DNA of 64,000 bases from a bacterium. Lineage in GTDB: Bacteria; Patescibacteriota; Minisyncoccia; Phycocordibacterales; CAIZLB01. The DNA lies in assembly GCA_037127815.1 (NCBI GenBank), contig JBAXXP010000002.1, positions 142,943 through 206,942 of the forward strand, given 5' to 3'. A program made the position numbers and the translations under genes. Numbering within the stretch: the first letter of the stretch is position 1; each line of letters opens with the position of its first letter. Positions 1-9,431 of the stretch are shown here, in pieces. Under the pieces are notes generated by a model. That model did no database searches, was not told the origin of the DNA, and saw nothing but the letters and a program-made list of their open reading frames with translations.

Positions 1-156
1 AATTGGCTGTAACAAGCCGTACATTCTGATAGATTCAGATAGGTCTTTTAAGGCGTTTTGATCGAAGTCTCTACGAGGCTGATATGGGTTTGGAACGATT
101 TTTTCTATCTCTATCCAGAAAATTGAATTATTAAAATACTGTGATTGTGGTTGCAT
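1..156 (-). CDS. parB: Partial chromosome-partitioning protein ParB/Spo0J, N-terminal part only; the gene continues off the window
   Basis: The reverse-strand translation from the ATG at 156..154 gives MQPQSQYFNNSIFWIEIEKIVPNPYQPRRDFDQNALKDLSESIRMYGLLQPI. This matches the conserved ParB N-terminal box (I-x-PNP-x-QPR-x-FD ... L-x-SI ... G-x-LQPI). Confidence 0.6.
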   Translation of the reverse strand, partial: MQPQSQYFNNSIFWIEIEKIVPNPYQPRRDFDQNALKDLSESIRMYGLLQPI

Positions 157-213
157 ATGTTAAGATTGTAGCACAGATATTTTCTTTATAACCCTTGAAA
201 ATCAACAAAAGTG

Positions 214-241
214 TTGACATCATGTTGATATTGAATAATAC
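214..241 (+). promoter_or_regulatory. Candidate sigma70-type promoter upstream of tRNA-Leu/miaA
   Basis: TTGACA at 214..219, then a 16-nt spacer and the TAATAC -10-like hexamer at 236..241, lying in the intergenic region before the tRNA at 331. Confidence 0.3.
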
Positions 242-330
242 TGAAGGGGTTGGGGTTGGTCAGCTGGAGCCCGGTGCTTGTTTTAGGTCATTGACCAAAA
301 TCACCTGACTCCAGACACAAATAACAGAAC

Positions 331-411
331 GCCAGAGTGATGAAATGGTAAACATACTCGACTCAAAATCGAGCGCCGCAAGGTTTGTGGGTTCAAGTCC
401 CACCTCTGGCA
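331..411 (+). tRNA. tRNA-Leu (anticodon CAA)
   Basis: Acceptor stem GCCAGAG/CTCTGGC. The anticodon stem CTCGA/TCGAG flanks the loop CTCAAAA (anticodon CAA). A long variable arm and the T-arm GTGGG-TTCAAGT-CCCAC are present. Confidence 0.8.
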
Positions 412-415
412 CAAA

Positions 416-1411
416 ATGGAAAAGCCTAAAAAGACAGGGCTAGAAAAAGCAATTGTTGTATATGGTCCAACAGCTACTGGAAAAAGTGACTTGGCGGTTT
501 TACTCGCAAAAAAATTCAATGGCGAGATTATTTCTGCCGACTCCCGTCAGGTATACAAGGGGCTAGATTTAGGAACTGGTAAAATTACAAAAAAAGAAAT
601 GCAGGGTGTTCCTCATTACATGCTGGATGTTATAAATCCAAAAAAAATTTACACAGCTGATAAATTTGCCAAGCAAGCATTAAAAATTGCGAACGATATT
701 ATATCCAGAGGTAAGGTTCCAATTATATGTGGAGGAACAGGAATGTACATTGATGCGCTAGTTAATGGTGTTGAATTTCCAAATGTTGAACCAGATTTTG
801 AGCTTAGAAAAAAGTTATCCACAGAGACTACAGAAAATCTTTATAATAAATTAATAAAGCTAGATCAAAATAGAGCTGACCAGCTTAAAAACGATGGAGG
901 TGGTCAATTCAATAAAGTTAGAATTATTAGAGCAATTGAAATTGCGTTAAAGCTTGGTGCTGTTCCTCCGCTTAAAAATAAAGAAAATTTTGAGGCAGTT
1001 TTTATTGGTCTTGATTTTGATGATGATACCCTAAAGGAAAGAATTTTACTTAGAATTAAATCGAGAATGAAAAAAGGAATGCTTGCAGAAGCTCGTAATT
1101 TACATGAAAATGGTTTAAGCTATAAGAGAATGCGTGCGCTTGGTTTAGAATATAGACATCTTGCAGATTTACTTGAAGACAAAATTTCTAAGTTGGATTT
1201 TGAAAAGCTACTAGCACAAGATATATGGCATTTTGTTAAAAGACAAAGAACTTGGTTTAAAAAAAGAGAAGAAACTATTTGGATTAAGCCCAGTATCACA
1301 AATTTTAAGAAAGTAGAAAATATTGTGAAAAAGTTTCTAGGTACAAGCATAAGCTCCATAAAAACATCGGTAAAAACAATAGATGGAAAAAACAGATCTA
1401 GAATTAATTAA
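416..1411 (+). CDS. miaA: tRNA dimethylallyltransferase (isopentenyl transferase)
   Basis: P-loop GPTATGKS followed by ISADSRQVYKGLDLGTGK, the canonical MiaA N-terminus; the 331-aa length also fits. Confidence 0.9.
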   Translation: MEKPKKTGLEKAIVVYGPTATGKSDLAVLLAKKFNGEIISADSRQVYKGLDLGTGKITKKEMQGVPHYMLDVINPKKIYTADKFAKQALKIANDIISRGKVPIICGGTGMYIDALVNGVEFPNVEPDFELRKKLSTETTENLYNKLIKLDQNRADQLKNDGGGQFNKVRIIRAIEIALKLGAVPPLKNKENFEAVFIGLDFDDDTLKERILLRIKSRMKKGMLAEARNLHENGLSYKRMRALGLEYRHLADLLEDKISKLDFEKLLAQDIWHFVKRQRTWFKKREETIWIKPSITNFKKVENIVKKFLGTSISSIKTSVKTIDGKNRSRIN

Positions 1412-1973
1412 AGAAATACAAGAATCTACAAACTACCTAAAAGAAGGCAGGCTTTCATTTAATACCCTAGTTGCGCGTTATGCCAATTCTGTTTATTTTT
1501 TTATTTACAGACTGACTGGAAGCAAAGAGGGATCAGAAGATATATCTCAAGAGACTTTTATTAAGGCGTGGCAAAAAATATCAAAATTTGATGCAAATAA
1601 AAATTTTAAAACTTGGCTATTTACTATCGCCAAAAATACGGCTATAGATAAGCTTAGAAAGAAGAACGCGGTACCTTTTTCTGTTCTTAATATTTTGGAT
1701 TCACATAATGATATAGAGACTGATTTTGAGAGCAATATAATGGACACAGAAGATTTACCCAATGAAGTCTTTGAAAAGAAAGAATATTTTGAAAGCCTAA
1801 GGATTGCCCTAGAAAAATTGTCATCAAGTGAAAACTTGATTATTTCCCTACATGTAACGGAGGAACTAACCTTTGAAGAAATTTCAGAAATAACAAATAA
1901 GCCAATGAACACAATCAAAAGCCAATATAGACGTGCTATTTCAAAGCTTAAGGAGCTACTTACAGACAAATAG
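1383..1973 (+). CDS. RNA polymerase sigma factor, sigma-70 family (ECF-like)
   Basis: Region-2-like FIKAWQKISKFD...TWLFTIAKNTAIDKLRKK and a region-4 HTH (LTFEEISEITNKPMNTIKSQYRRAISKLKE). It overlaps the miaA 3' end by 29 nt. Confidence 0.8.
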   Translation: MEKTDLELIKEIQESTNYLKEGRLSFNTLVARYANSVYFFIYRLTGSKEGSEDISQETFIKAWQKISKFDANKNFKTWLFTIAKNTAIDKLRKKNAVPFSVLNILDSHNDIETDFESNIMDTEDLPNEVFEKKEYFESLRIALEKLSSSENLIISLHVTEELTFEEISEITNKPMNTIKSQYRRAISKLKELLTDK

Positions 1974-2026
1974 GCGTTGCACAGATATTTGCACCAAACC
2001 TCTCCCCCGTCTCGTATATAGTTAGT

Positions 2027-2434
2027 ATGAACGTAGAATTAAAGAGAGCGTTAGAGGAAATGGATAAACAAGTGATATCAGCGCCTTACGATCTTGCAAA
2101 TCGCATTATTTTTAGCATTGATGAGAAAGCTAAACAAAACGCCAAGTACAAAGCACTTGGCTTAAGTTTTGTATCCATGATTTCATTCTTTGTTTCCATT
2201 CCAATAATTGCACAAATTATTACATCATTTACACAATCTGGTTTTTATAATTATGTATCAATTATATTTTCAGATTCAGATGTCGCAATGGTGTATTGGA
2301 AAGAAATAGTAATGTCACTAGCTGAATCCTTACCAATAATTGGTATAGCAAGTCTACTTGCGGTTGCCGTAATATTTACTTGGTCAATTCTAAAGGCGAC
2401 TTCAGTTGTAAGAAATAATTTAATAACAGCCTAA
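2027..2434 (+). CDS. Small membrane protein, possible anti-sigma factor partner of the upstream ECF sigma
   Basis: 135 aa with two or three hydrophobic segments, lying immediately downstream of the sigma gene. The anti-sigma role rests on position only. Confidence 0.35.
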   Translation: MNVELKRALEEMDKQVISAPYDLANRIIFSIDEKAKQNAKYKALGLSFVSMISFFVSIPIIAQIITSFTQSGFYNYVSIIFSDSDVAMVYWKEIVMSLAESLPIIGIASLLAVAVIFTWSILKATSVVRNNLITA

Positions 2435-2437
2435 CAT

Positions 2438-2469
2438 TTGGGGTCAGGCACCATGGTGTCTGACCCCAA
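2438..2469. repeat. Copy 1 of the 32-bp GC-rich palindromic element, with one mismatch
   Basis: TTGGGGTCAGGCACCATGGTGTCTGACCCCAA. It lies 8 nt upstream of the ATG at 2478. Confidence 0.85.
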
Positions 2470-2477
2470 AACCAAAC

Positions 2478-3044
2478 ATGAAAGAACACATAAATAAAAT
2501 AAAAGAAAAAATTGATAAGTTTGGAATAATTAAATTCCTGGTAATTTTAATAGTAATTTCTGTAGTTTTCCAAGCGGGAATATTTGTGGGATATCACAAA
2601 GCGATGTTTTATAAATCTACTGGAGATAACTACTACAGAGCATTTAATAACAAAGGCGGTCCTGCAGGCAAAGGAGGACCAGAACAATTTGATGAATTTA
2701 TGAAAGACGCAAATCTTCCCGGAGGACATGGGGCTGTAGGAAAAATCGTTTCAATCAACTTACCCACAATTGTTGTTGCCTCACCTGACAATATTGAAAA
2801 AACAATTAATATTTCTAAGGACACTTTAATTAGACAATTCAGAGAAGATATCAACTCAAAAGATTTGAAAATTGGTGACTATATTATAGTTCTTGGGGAA
2901 ATTTCTGGTACAGACACTTCTCCTTCAGACAAGGGAATAATTAACGCAAAATTAATTAGATTATTACCTCCACCACCGCAATCTGATAACACATCGATTG
3001 TAGCACCTGCAACTACTTCAAAATCAGTAACAGAGACAAAATAA
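2478..3044 (+). CDS. Hypothetical membrane-anchored protein
   Basis: N-terminal transmembrane helix (FLVILIVISVVFQAGIFVGY), a Gly/Pro-rich linker and a C-terminal PPPPQ tract. No family recognised. Confidence 0.5.
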   Translation: MKEHINKIKEKIDKFGIIKFLVILIVISVVFQAGIFVGYHKAMFYKSTGDNYYRAFNNKGGPAGKGGPEQFDEFMKDANLPGGHGAVGKIVSINLPTIVVASPDNIEKTINISKDTLIRQFREDINSKDLKIGDYIIVLGEISGTDTSPSDKGIINAKLIRLLPPPPQSDNTSIVAPATTSKSVTETK

Positions 3045-3063
3045 TTAATTTAATTAAATCAAT

Positions 3064-4836
3064 ATGCAAAAAGAAATCAAAAATATACATAAAGAACCAT
3101 TTAAGATTAGGTTAAAGAATAAATATTTAAAATGGAAACAAATTGCTTTGACATACAAAAAGACAAGTATCGTCATTGCTATAGTTGTTATCGCATTAGT
3201 ATATTGGCTGATAAAATTAATTTTTCCTACACCAGTTATTACATCGTATGTTGTATCTGATGTTCAAAAAGGCTCAATTATCACGAACGTAACAGGTAGC
3301 GGACAAGTTTCTGCATCAAATCAAATTGACCTTAAGACCAAGGCTTCTGGCGATATATTAAAAGTAAACGTTACAACAGGACAAGAGGTTAAGGCTGCGC
3401 AAATTATTGCACAAATTGATAATCCAAGTGCATATCTTGATTATAGAGCTGCGCAAATTGCATATGAACAATTTGTTCAACCTGCAGATGCTTCAACAAG
3501 AATTCAAGCAGAAAATGATTTAAATAATACTAAGCAAAGTTACAATAAATCAGTAGACAATCTAAATAATGCATACGATACCGGATACAGTTCTGTTGCC
3601 TCAAGTTATCTAGACATGACAGAGGCCGTAACTGGAATGAACGATATACTCTATTCAGGTTCTGGATATTTGAATGATCAAAGTTTGGTAGCACTTTCGT
3701 CACAAACAAAGACTTTTAAAAATAATGCTGGTGTAAATTTTGATAAAGTAAAAAATGACTACAGGACAGCTCTTGAAACTTATAGAGCATCGTCAAGATC
3801 AAATTCAACAAGCTCTATTGAACAATTAATTAAGACAGCGTATGAGATAACAAAAGAAGTTTCAAGTACTCTTAAGGACCTAAAAAATACTGTTGACTAC
3901 ATTAAAAATCAAGATCCAAACAGCACAAACGCATCAAGCAACAGTACAGCAGCCGTAAACGCATCAAACAATCTAATTAATTGGATAGGTAAAATTAACT
4001 CTGATCTATCTAATCTATCAAGCTCAGTTAATAATATTAATGATTTAAAAGATACTATTCAAAATGGTCCACAAACGATTGCACAAAAGCAAGCAAACTT
4101 GGATAAGGTTGTAAATGGTGCAGACAATCTTGATATTGAAGCCCAAAGAATCAATCTTCAACAAAAGCAATTAACCTATCAAAATCTTTTTGTCACAGCC
4201 CCCTTTGATGGAGTTATAGCAAAAATAAGTATTAAGCCATCTGATGCAGTTTCCTCAGGAGCATCTGTTGGAACAATTATCACAAAGAACAAAGTAGCCG
4301 ATATTACTGTAAACGAAGTTGATGCAGCCAAGATTCTTGCTGGACAAAAAGCAACACTTACTTTTGACGCTATTGACGCCTTAAGTATTTCTGGAGTTGT
4401 TCAATCAATTGATTTAGTTGGAACTGTCACACAAGGTGTTGTTAATTACAATGTCAAAATTACTTTTGATGTTCAGGATGACAGAGTCAAATCTGGAATG
4501 AGCGTCAGCGCTTCTATAATTACAAACAATAAACAAGATGTAATTGTCATTCCAAATAGTGCTGTAAAAAGTAAGGGAGGAATAAAATATGTAGAGTTGT
4601 TTAGTTCAAAAGTTGCAACATCAACAACAGCACAAACTGCAAATGAGGTTCCTATACAACAAGCTGTGGAAGTTGGATTATCAAATGATACTCAAACAGA
4701 AATTTTATCAGGTCTAATTGTTGGAGACAGAATTGTTACAAAAACAACAACATCCAGTGCAACTGCCGCTAAGACAACATCAACACCTAGCTTGTTTGGA
4801 GGAGGCGGAGGAACAAGAGCTGCGACAGGACGATAA
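3064..4836 (+). CDS. Efflux periplasmic adaptor, HlyD/MacA membrane-fusion family
   Basis: N-terminal transmembrane helix, a lipoyl-like segment (GQVSASNQIDLKTKASGDILKVNV), a long coiled coil, a beta-barrel motif (VTAPFDGVIAKISIKPSDAV), and a C-terminal Ser/Thr/Gly tail. It is followed by the ABC ATPase and the FtsX-type permease. Confidence 0.8.
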   Translation: MQKEIKNIHKEPFKIRLKNKYLKWKQIALTYKKTSIVIAIVVIALVYWLIKLIFPTPVITSYVVSDVQKGSIITNVTGSGQVSASNQIDLKTKASGDILKVNVTTGQEVKAAQIIAQIDNPSAYLDYRAAQIAYEQFVQPADASTRIQAENDLNNTKQSYNKSVDNLNNAYDTGYSSVASSYLDMTEAVTGMNDILYSGSGYLNDQSLVALSSQTKTFKNNAGVNFDKVKNDYRTALETYRASSRSNSTSSIEQLIKTAYEITKEVSSTLKDLKNTVDYIKNQDPNSTNASSNSTAAVNASNNLINWIGKINSDLSNLSSSVNNINDLKDTIQNGPQTIAQKQANLDKVVNGADNLDIEAQRINLQQKQLTYQNLFVTAPFDGVIAKISIKPSDAVSSGASVGTIITKNKVADITVNEVDAAKILAGQKATLTFDAIDALSISGVVQSIDLVGTVTQGVVNYNVKITFDVQDDRVKSGMSVSASIITNNKQDVIVIPNSAVKSKGGIKYVELFSSKVATSTTAQTANEVPIQQAVEVGLSNDTQTEILSGLIVGDRIVTKTTTSSATAAKTTSTPSLFGGGGGTRAATGR

Positions 4837-4848
4837 TAATATAAAAAC

Positions 4849-5583
4849 ATGATTGAAGTAAAAAACATCACAAAAATATATGACCCTGACGCAAATGCAT
4901 TTCTTGCGCTTGATGGAGTAAGTTTTACCATTGAGGATGGCGAGTTTGTTGCAATCATGGGACCATCAGGATCTGGAAAATCGACATTAATGCATATACT
5001 TGGAGCGCTGGACACTCCAACAACAGGAACGTACTTTTTAGATGGAAAAGATGTGTCTGTTCTATCCGATGATGAACTTGCAGACATTAGACGAGAAAAA
5101 ATTGGATTCGTTTTTCAATCCTTTAATCTTCTACCAAGAAGCACTGTTCTTAGGAATGTAATGCTCCCCTTAATTTATGCTGGAGTTGGTGAAGAAGAAA
5201 GAGAACAGAGAGCTCGCGCAGCACTTCATGCATCTGGATTAGATGAATCGCACTTCACTCACCTTTCCAATCAATTATCTGGTGGACAGATTCAGCGCGT
5301 CGCTATATCTCGCGCCCTTGTAAATAATCCAAGTTTAATTTTGGCCGATGAACCTACTGGAAACCTAGATAGTAAAACTGGGGAAATTGTTCTTGGTACA
5401 TTTCAAAAATTAAATGAAGAGCTTGGAAGGACAATCGTTCTAATTACCCATGAGCCAGATGTTGCTGAGCATGCAGATAGGATTATTGTGATTCGAGATG
5501 GAAAAATCACAGAAGACAGAAAGAATCATAAGAAACAAAATGCGATAGCTTTGCTTAAAAAAATGAACGACGATAAAAAATAA
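4849..5583 (+). CDS. ABC transporter ATP-binding protein, MacB/LolD family
   Basis: Walker A GPSGSGKST, signature LSGGQIQRVAISRAL, Walker B ILADEPTGNLD. Confidence 0.9.
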   Translation: MIEVKNITKIYDPDANAFLALDGVSFTIEDGEFVAIMGPSGSGKSTLMHILGALDTPTTGTYFLDGKDVSVLSDDELADIRREKIGFVFQSFNLLPRSTVLRNVMLPLIYAGVGEEEREQRARAALHASGLDESHFTHLSNQLSGGQIQRVAISRALVNNPSLILADEPTGNLDSKTGEIVLGTFQKLNEELGRTIVLITHEPDVAEHADRIIVIRDGKITEDRKNHKKQNAIALLKKMNDDKK

Positions 5584-5587
5584 TTAT

Positions 5588-5619
5588 TTGGGGTCAGGCA
5601 CCATGGTGCCTGACCCCAA
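5588..5619. repeat. Copy 2 of the 32-bp palindromic element (perfect), inside the ABC operon
   Basis: A perfect TTGGGGTCAGGCACCATGGTGCCTGACCCCAA. It sits between the ATPase stop (5583) and the permease ATG (5628). Confidence 0.9.
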
Positions 5620-5627
5620 CCAAAAAA

Positions 5628-6848
5628 ATGACAATATTAGACATATTACACGAAACATATTCTGCGATTTTTTCCAACAAGGTTCGTTCTGGACTGACAA
5701 TGCTTGGAATCGTTATTGGAATTAGCTCCGTTATTGCAATGCTCGCAATTGGACAGGGCGCACAAAATTCCATTCAATCGAGCATTCAATCAATTGGGTC
5801 AAACCTAATTCTTATAACACCAGGTGCACAACGTGGCCCAGGTGTGCAAGTAAGTGCCGGGCGTGGAAGTGCAAAAACATTAACACTCGCTGATGTTGAT
5901 GCAATCAAACTTCAGGTCACAAATATTAAAGCTGTAGCTCCCGAAGTCACAGGAAGATATCAAGTTACTGCGGCTGGCCAAAATACAAATACAACTGTAA
6001 CAGGCGCCACACCTGATTATCAAAGTGTAAGAAATGTTTCCATTGCTGAGGGTACATTTATAACAGATCAAAATTTACAATCTGGAAGTAAGGTTGCGGT
6101 AATTGGTCCCAATGTCAGAGATGACTTATACGGAACCGGTGCTGATGTGATTGGGAAAAAAATAAGAATTAACAAAGTTGATTTTACAGTTATCGGATTA
6201 ACGGTTGCAAAAGGAGGAACTGGTTTTGGTAGTCAGGACGATCTTATTTGGGTACCACTTACAACAGCTCAAAGAATGCTTTCTGGCGATGAATATGTAA
6301 CAACAATAAGTGTTCAAGCTCCTGACTCAAATTCTAGCGCTGACATTCAAGCTCAGATTACTTCCCTTCTACTTGAAAAACATAATCTAAAAAATGGCGT
6401 CGCTGATTTCAGTGTTCTTAATCAAGCAGACATTGCAGCAACAGCATCGAGCATCACTCAAATATTCACCATTCTTCTTGGTTCAGTTGCAGGGATATCA
6501 CTAGTTGTTGGTGGAATTGGAATTATGAACATGATGCTTACAACGGTAACTGAAAGAACTCGGGAAATTGGATTAAGAAAAGCAATTGGTGCAAAAAATA
6601 AAGATATTAGTTTACAATTCTTAATTGAAGCTTTAATGATTACTTTTATCGGGGGGTTCATTGGAATACTCCTCGGATGGCTCATATCCTTCGGAATAAA
6701 TTATTCGGGATTGATTGCAACTCAAGTTTCAATATCTTCTGTAGTTCTATCCTTCACGGTCTCAGCTGTAATTGGGGTTGTCTTTGGATACTATCCAGCG
6801 CGGCGGGCTGCGGGATTGAATCCGATAGATGCGCTGAAGTATGAGTAA
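5628..6848 (+). CDS. ABC transporter permease, MacB/FtsX family
   Basis: N-terminal transmembrane helix, a large periplasmic domain and a C-terminal FtsX-type bundle of three transmembrane helices (GIGIMNMMLTTVTERTREIGLRKAIGA), the MacB permease hallmark. Confidence 0.85.
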   Translation: MTILDILHETYSAIFSNKVRSGLTMLGIVIGISSVIAMLAIGQGAQNSIQSSIQSIGSNLILITPGAQRGPGVQVSAGRGSAKTLTLADVDAIKLQVTNIKAVAPEVTGRYQVTAAGQNTNTTVTGATPDYQSVRNVSIAEGTFITDQNLQSGSKVAVIGPNVRDDLYGTGADVIGKKIRINKVDFTVIGLTVAKGGTGFGSQDDLIWVPLTTAQRMLSGDEYVTTISVQAPDSNSSADIQAQITSLLLEKHNLKNGVADFSVLNQADIAATASSITQIFTILLGSVAGISLVVGGIGIMNMMLTTVTERTREIGLRKAIGAKNKDISLQFLIEALMITFIGGFIGILLGWLISFGINYSGLIATQVSISSVVLSFTVSAVIGVVFGYYPARRAAGLNPIDALKYE

Positions 6849-6865
6849 ACGATTCGATTTTAAGC

Positions 6866-6910
6866 CGATTTTTATGCGTAAAAATCGTACCAAAATCAGC
6901 AGATTTTGGT
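6866..6910 (+). other. Two adjacent AT-rich perfect hairpins downstream of the permease gene
   Basis: CGATTTTTA-TGCG-TAAAAATCG (6866..6887) and ACCAAAATC-AGC-GATTTTGGT (6889..6910). Neither has a U-run, so their role as terminators is uncertain. Confidence 0.3.
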
Positions 6911-7017
6911 ATTGACGAAGTGAAGAACAGATAAAGGTAAAAATTAAAAAATAATAAAACACATTAATCATAGTCGCGCCCAAAGGACATCGGCGCGACA
7001 TGATTTCGCAAAATCAT

Positions 7018-7494
7018 ATGAAAAAAAATCAAATAATAATAGCAGTAATAGTTTTAGTATTAGTTGCTGGAATATCATTCTATGCAGGTACAAAAGTTAA
7101 TAGTAACCCTTCTTCATCAAGACAAATGGGACAATTTGGACAAGATGCAAATGGCATAGGAGGCCCTGGAAATAATATTAGAACAAACAGAGGCGGTATG
7201 ATGGGTGGAGCTGTTTCTGGAGAGGTACTAAGTAAAGATGCAACAAGTATCACAGTAAAGCTAAGAGATGGAGGATCAAAGATAATCTTTATTACATCAG
7301 GAACTGCTGTTCAAAAAACATCAGCCGGAACAATTGAAGATGTAGTAGTCGGTAGTCAAATTTCAGCTACAGGCCAAGCTAATGCTGATGGAAGTATCAA
7401 CGCAACATCAATCAATCAAAGACCTAATGTACCTGTACAAAGCGCTGGAGCGGGTGCAGGAGCCCCACAAGGAGGTGCTCAACAAGCAAGATAA
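7018..7494 (+). CDS. Secreted Gly-rich hypothetical protein
   Basis: Signal-peptide-like MKKNQIIIAVIVLVLVAG and Gly-rich segments. The start is taken at the second Met (7018) rather than the caller's 7000. A GC hairpin GTCGCGCC...GGCGCGAC (6973..6999) lies just upstream. Confidence 0.5.
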   Translation: MKKNQIIIAVIVLVLVAGISFYAGTKVNSNPSSSRQMGQFGQDANGIGGPGNNIRTNRGGMMGGAVSGEVLSKDATSITVKLRDGGSKIIFITSGTAVQKTSAGTIEDVVVGSQISATGQANADGSINATSINQRPNVPVQSAGAGAGAPQGGAQQAR

Positions 7495-7556
7495 AGATTA
7501 GATAGTAGTACAATAAACCGTATACATCGCTCATAAAAAAATACAAATACAGAAAA

Positions 7557-7585
7557 GCCCCCGCGTAGCGGGGGCTTTGTTTTGA
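7557..7585. terminator. Bidirectional rho-independent terminator
   Basis: GCCCCCGC-GTAG-CGGGGGC stem flanked by an A-run and a T-run. It lies between the convergent genes ending at 7494 (+) and 7616 (-). Confidence 0.8.
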
Positions 7586-7615
7586 TTAGATATTCCAGAT
7601 GATAATCGCACTTCT

Positions 7616-8104
7616 CTACCCTTTTCGAATATCAGCCTTAGGAGCAAACTCAATTTTCAGATGTTCTGGTAACACAAGTTCTAGGTCGCCCCATCTCTTG
7701 CTAGTATCAATATAAATGTTAATTGGGCATCCTTTTCTGTAGGACAAGATGAACCGGCCGAGTTGTTCAGGTGTGACCTCGCGCATATCAATTGTATCAA
7801 GGAACTTTTTGAGATTAAATGATTCATTGCGGCCATGTTTGGAAACCACATCTCCAATAGCCTCCTCAGCACTTTTACCCCAGCCTTCAAAATACGGCCC
7901 GGACTTTGCATAATTTGGAACAGCCATTGCTGAGCATCTGTAGTACAATCTGGCAATCATACTCGCATCAGCATCACTTCTGTAAACTACAATGTGGACA
8001 GGTGGATTTTTCACTGAATTATTGGTGTTGAATTTGCCGATCCCAGCAGAGAACTGCCTCTCTAGGTCCGATAATAATATCTCATAGACAATAATCTGTG
8101 TCAA
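7616..8104 (-). CDS. Hypothetical protein, 162 aa; no family recognised
   Basis: A long ORF in a convergent arrangement sharing the terminator above. Local GC is somewhat higher than the surrounding sequence. Confidence 0.5.
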   Translation of the reverse strand: MTQIIVYEILLSDLERQFSAGIGKFNTNNSVKNPPVHIVVYRSDADASMIARLYYRCSAMAVPNYAKSGPYFEGWGKSAEEAIGDVVSKHGRNESFNLKKFLDTIDMREVTPEQLGRFILSYRKGCPINIYIDTSKRWGDLELVLPEHLKIEFAPKADIRKG

Positions 8105-8251
8105 TTTTGAAAATTTCTTATATCGAACTTTACACCATTAAGAGATAGGTTATATAACTCATTCGACATAAAATAATCCTCGTTATATCATTATATAAAC
8201 ATAGTTCTTTTATTTACTGAGGAACTAAATCAACTCAAACCAAATAACTCG

Positions 8252-8677
8252 ATGAAAAACAAACTTGCATATGCTGCTGTTGTTATTTTCATATTTGTTT
8301 TAGGTGTAGCTATTGGTATTTTTTACGAATATGAAAAACTCCACAATCTTGTTGTTCAACAGGACCGAGATAAAAATATTTATTTGCCGATGTCAATTTC
8401 TGAAGTTCAATGCATCAACGCCAACTTAGGGAAACTAGATGTTCAAGCATCCAAACTTGGACATAAATCTATTGTCACATGGCCAACTTCCGTAAAGTAT
8501 ATTGGATGCTGGGATGGTAAGTCTATGATATTTTTTGAGAATAAACCTGCAACCAAACTCTTTGAACAAGGATGGCAAATAACTGATCAAGCTTCCATGT
8601 CTAAAGATTCTATTATCTATGTTATGTTGAGGAATAGACCCTTACCCGATTTGGGCCCATTAATTTGGTACCAATGA
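8252..8677 (+). CDS. Hypothetical membrane-anchored protein
   Basis: N-terminal transmembrane helix AAVVIFIFVLGVAIGIFY; the gene ends with a TGA stop. Confidence 0.5.
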   Translation: MKNKLAYAAVVIFIFVLGVAIGIFYEYEKLHNLVVQQDRDKNIYLPMSISEVQCINANLGKLDVQASKLGHKSIVTWPTSVKYIGCWDGKSMIFFENKPATKLFEQGWQITDQASMSKDSIIYVMLRNRPLPDLGPLIWYQ

Positions 8678-8698
8678 TAGTTAATTAAACAAAAAAAA

Positions 8699-8737
8699 CC
8701 CGCCTAGTATGCATTAAGCAGAACGGCGGGGTTTATT
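8699..8737. terminator. Candidate bidirectional terminator
   Basis: A8-CCCGCC ... GGCGGG-GTTTATTTGT, lying between convergent genes (8677 + and 8755 -). Confidence 0.5.
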
Positions 8738-8754
8738 TGTACATAATATTTAAA

Positions 8755-9183
8755 TCATATTTTAGATTTGTACAAGTTCAAAAAATTTGGAAGTTGAGAA
8801 TGAAGTGGTTCAGGAAAGGCGTCTAAAGAAAACCATTCTACAGCATCAAATTTATGAGGCTCCCCGTTACCTGTTTTCAATGGATCAATCTTAACCTTAA
8901 AATCTAGAGCTACCCAATGAGTATTTTTTCCTTGGTGCTCTCTATGAACATCTCGGTACCCTAAAAATTCAAAATTTAATATATCTGTGCGATATTCTTC
9001 AGCAATCTCTTTTCTTAGAGTGTTTTCTACAGTGTCATTAAATTCAAGACCTCCTCCACCACAGTCCCAGGTTCCATGCTCATCCCTGCAACTATTACTT
9101 CTTTTTGAAAGCAAATATTTACCATTTCCATCGTGACATAGATATACAATTGTAACACCTGTATAATCTTCTCCTTTTTTCAT
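8755..9183 (-). CDS. NUDIX hydrolase
   Basis: Nudix box GGGGLEFNDTVENTLRKEIAEEYRTD, matching the Gx5Ex7REUxEExGU pattern. Confidence 0.8.
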   Translation of the reverse strand: MKKGEDYTGVTIVYLCHDGNGKYLLSKRSNSCRDEHGTWDCGGGGLEFNDTVENTLRKEIAEEYRTDILNFEFLGYRDVHREHQGKNTHWVALDFKVKIDPLKTGNGEPHKFDAVEWFSLDAFPEPLHSQLPNFLNLYKSKI

Positions 9184-9200
9184 AATATTGTATATTCTAG

Positions 9201-9273
9201 CGGGCCCACGAGGACTCGAACCTCGAACTGCGGTTTTGGAAACCGTCGTTTTACCATTGAAACTATAGGCCCG
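9201..9273 (-). tRNA. tRNA-Trp (anticodon CCA)
   Basis: Reverse complement GGGCCTATAGTTTCAATGGTAAAACGACGGTTTCCAAAACCGCAGTTCGAGGTTCGAGTCCTCGTGGGCCCG. Anticodon loop TTCCAAA (CCA) and T-arm GTTCGAGTC. Confidence 0.8.
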
Positions 9274-9431
9274 TATTTTGTGATTCTAACCAAATCGTCC
9301 CCTGCCAGCCTCTGAACGTTTGTTCTACTATCTTAATCTATTTTGACTAAAAAGCCAAACCTGCTTATGACTAGGCCCATACAACCCATTTACACCAACC
9401 AAAATCACAACTAAAATTATGACACATTTAT

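Noticed and set aside
301-519. 72-aa minus-strand ORF
   Set aside because: It lies antisense across tRNA-Leu(CAA) and the miaA start. No coding signal is present, so it is a tRNA-overlap artefact.
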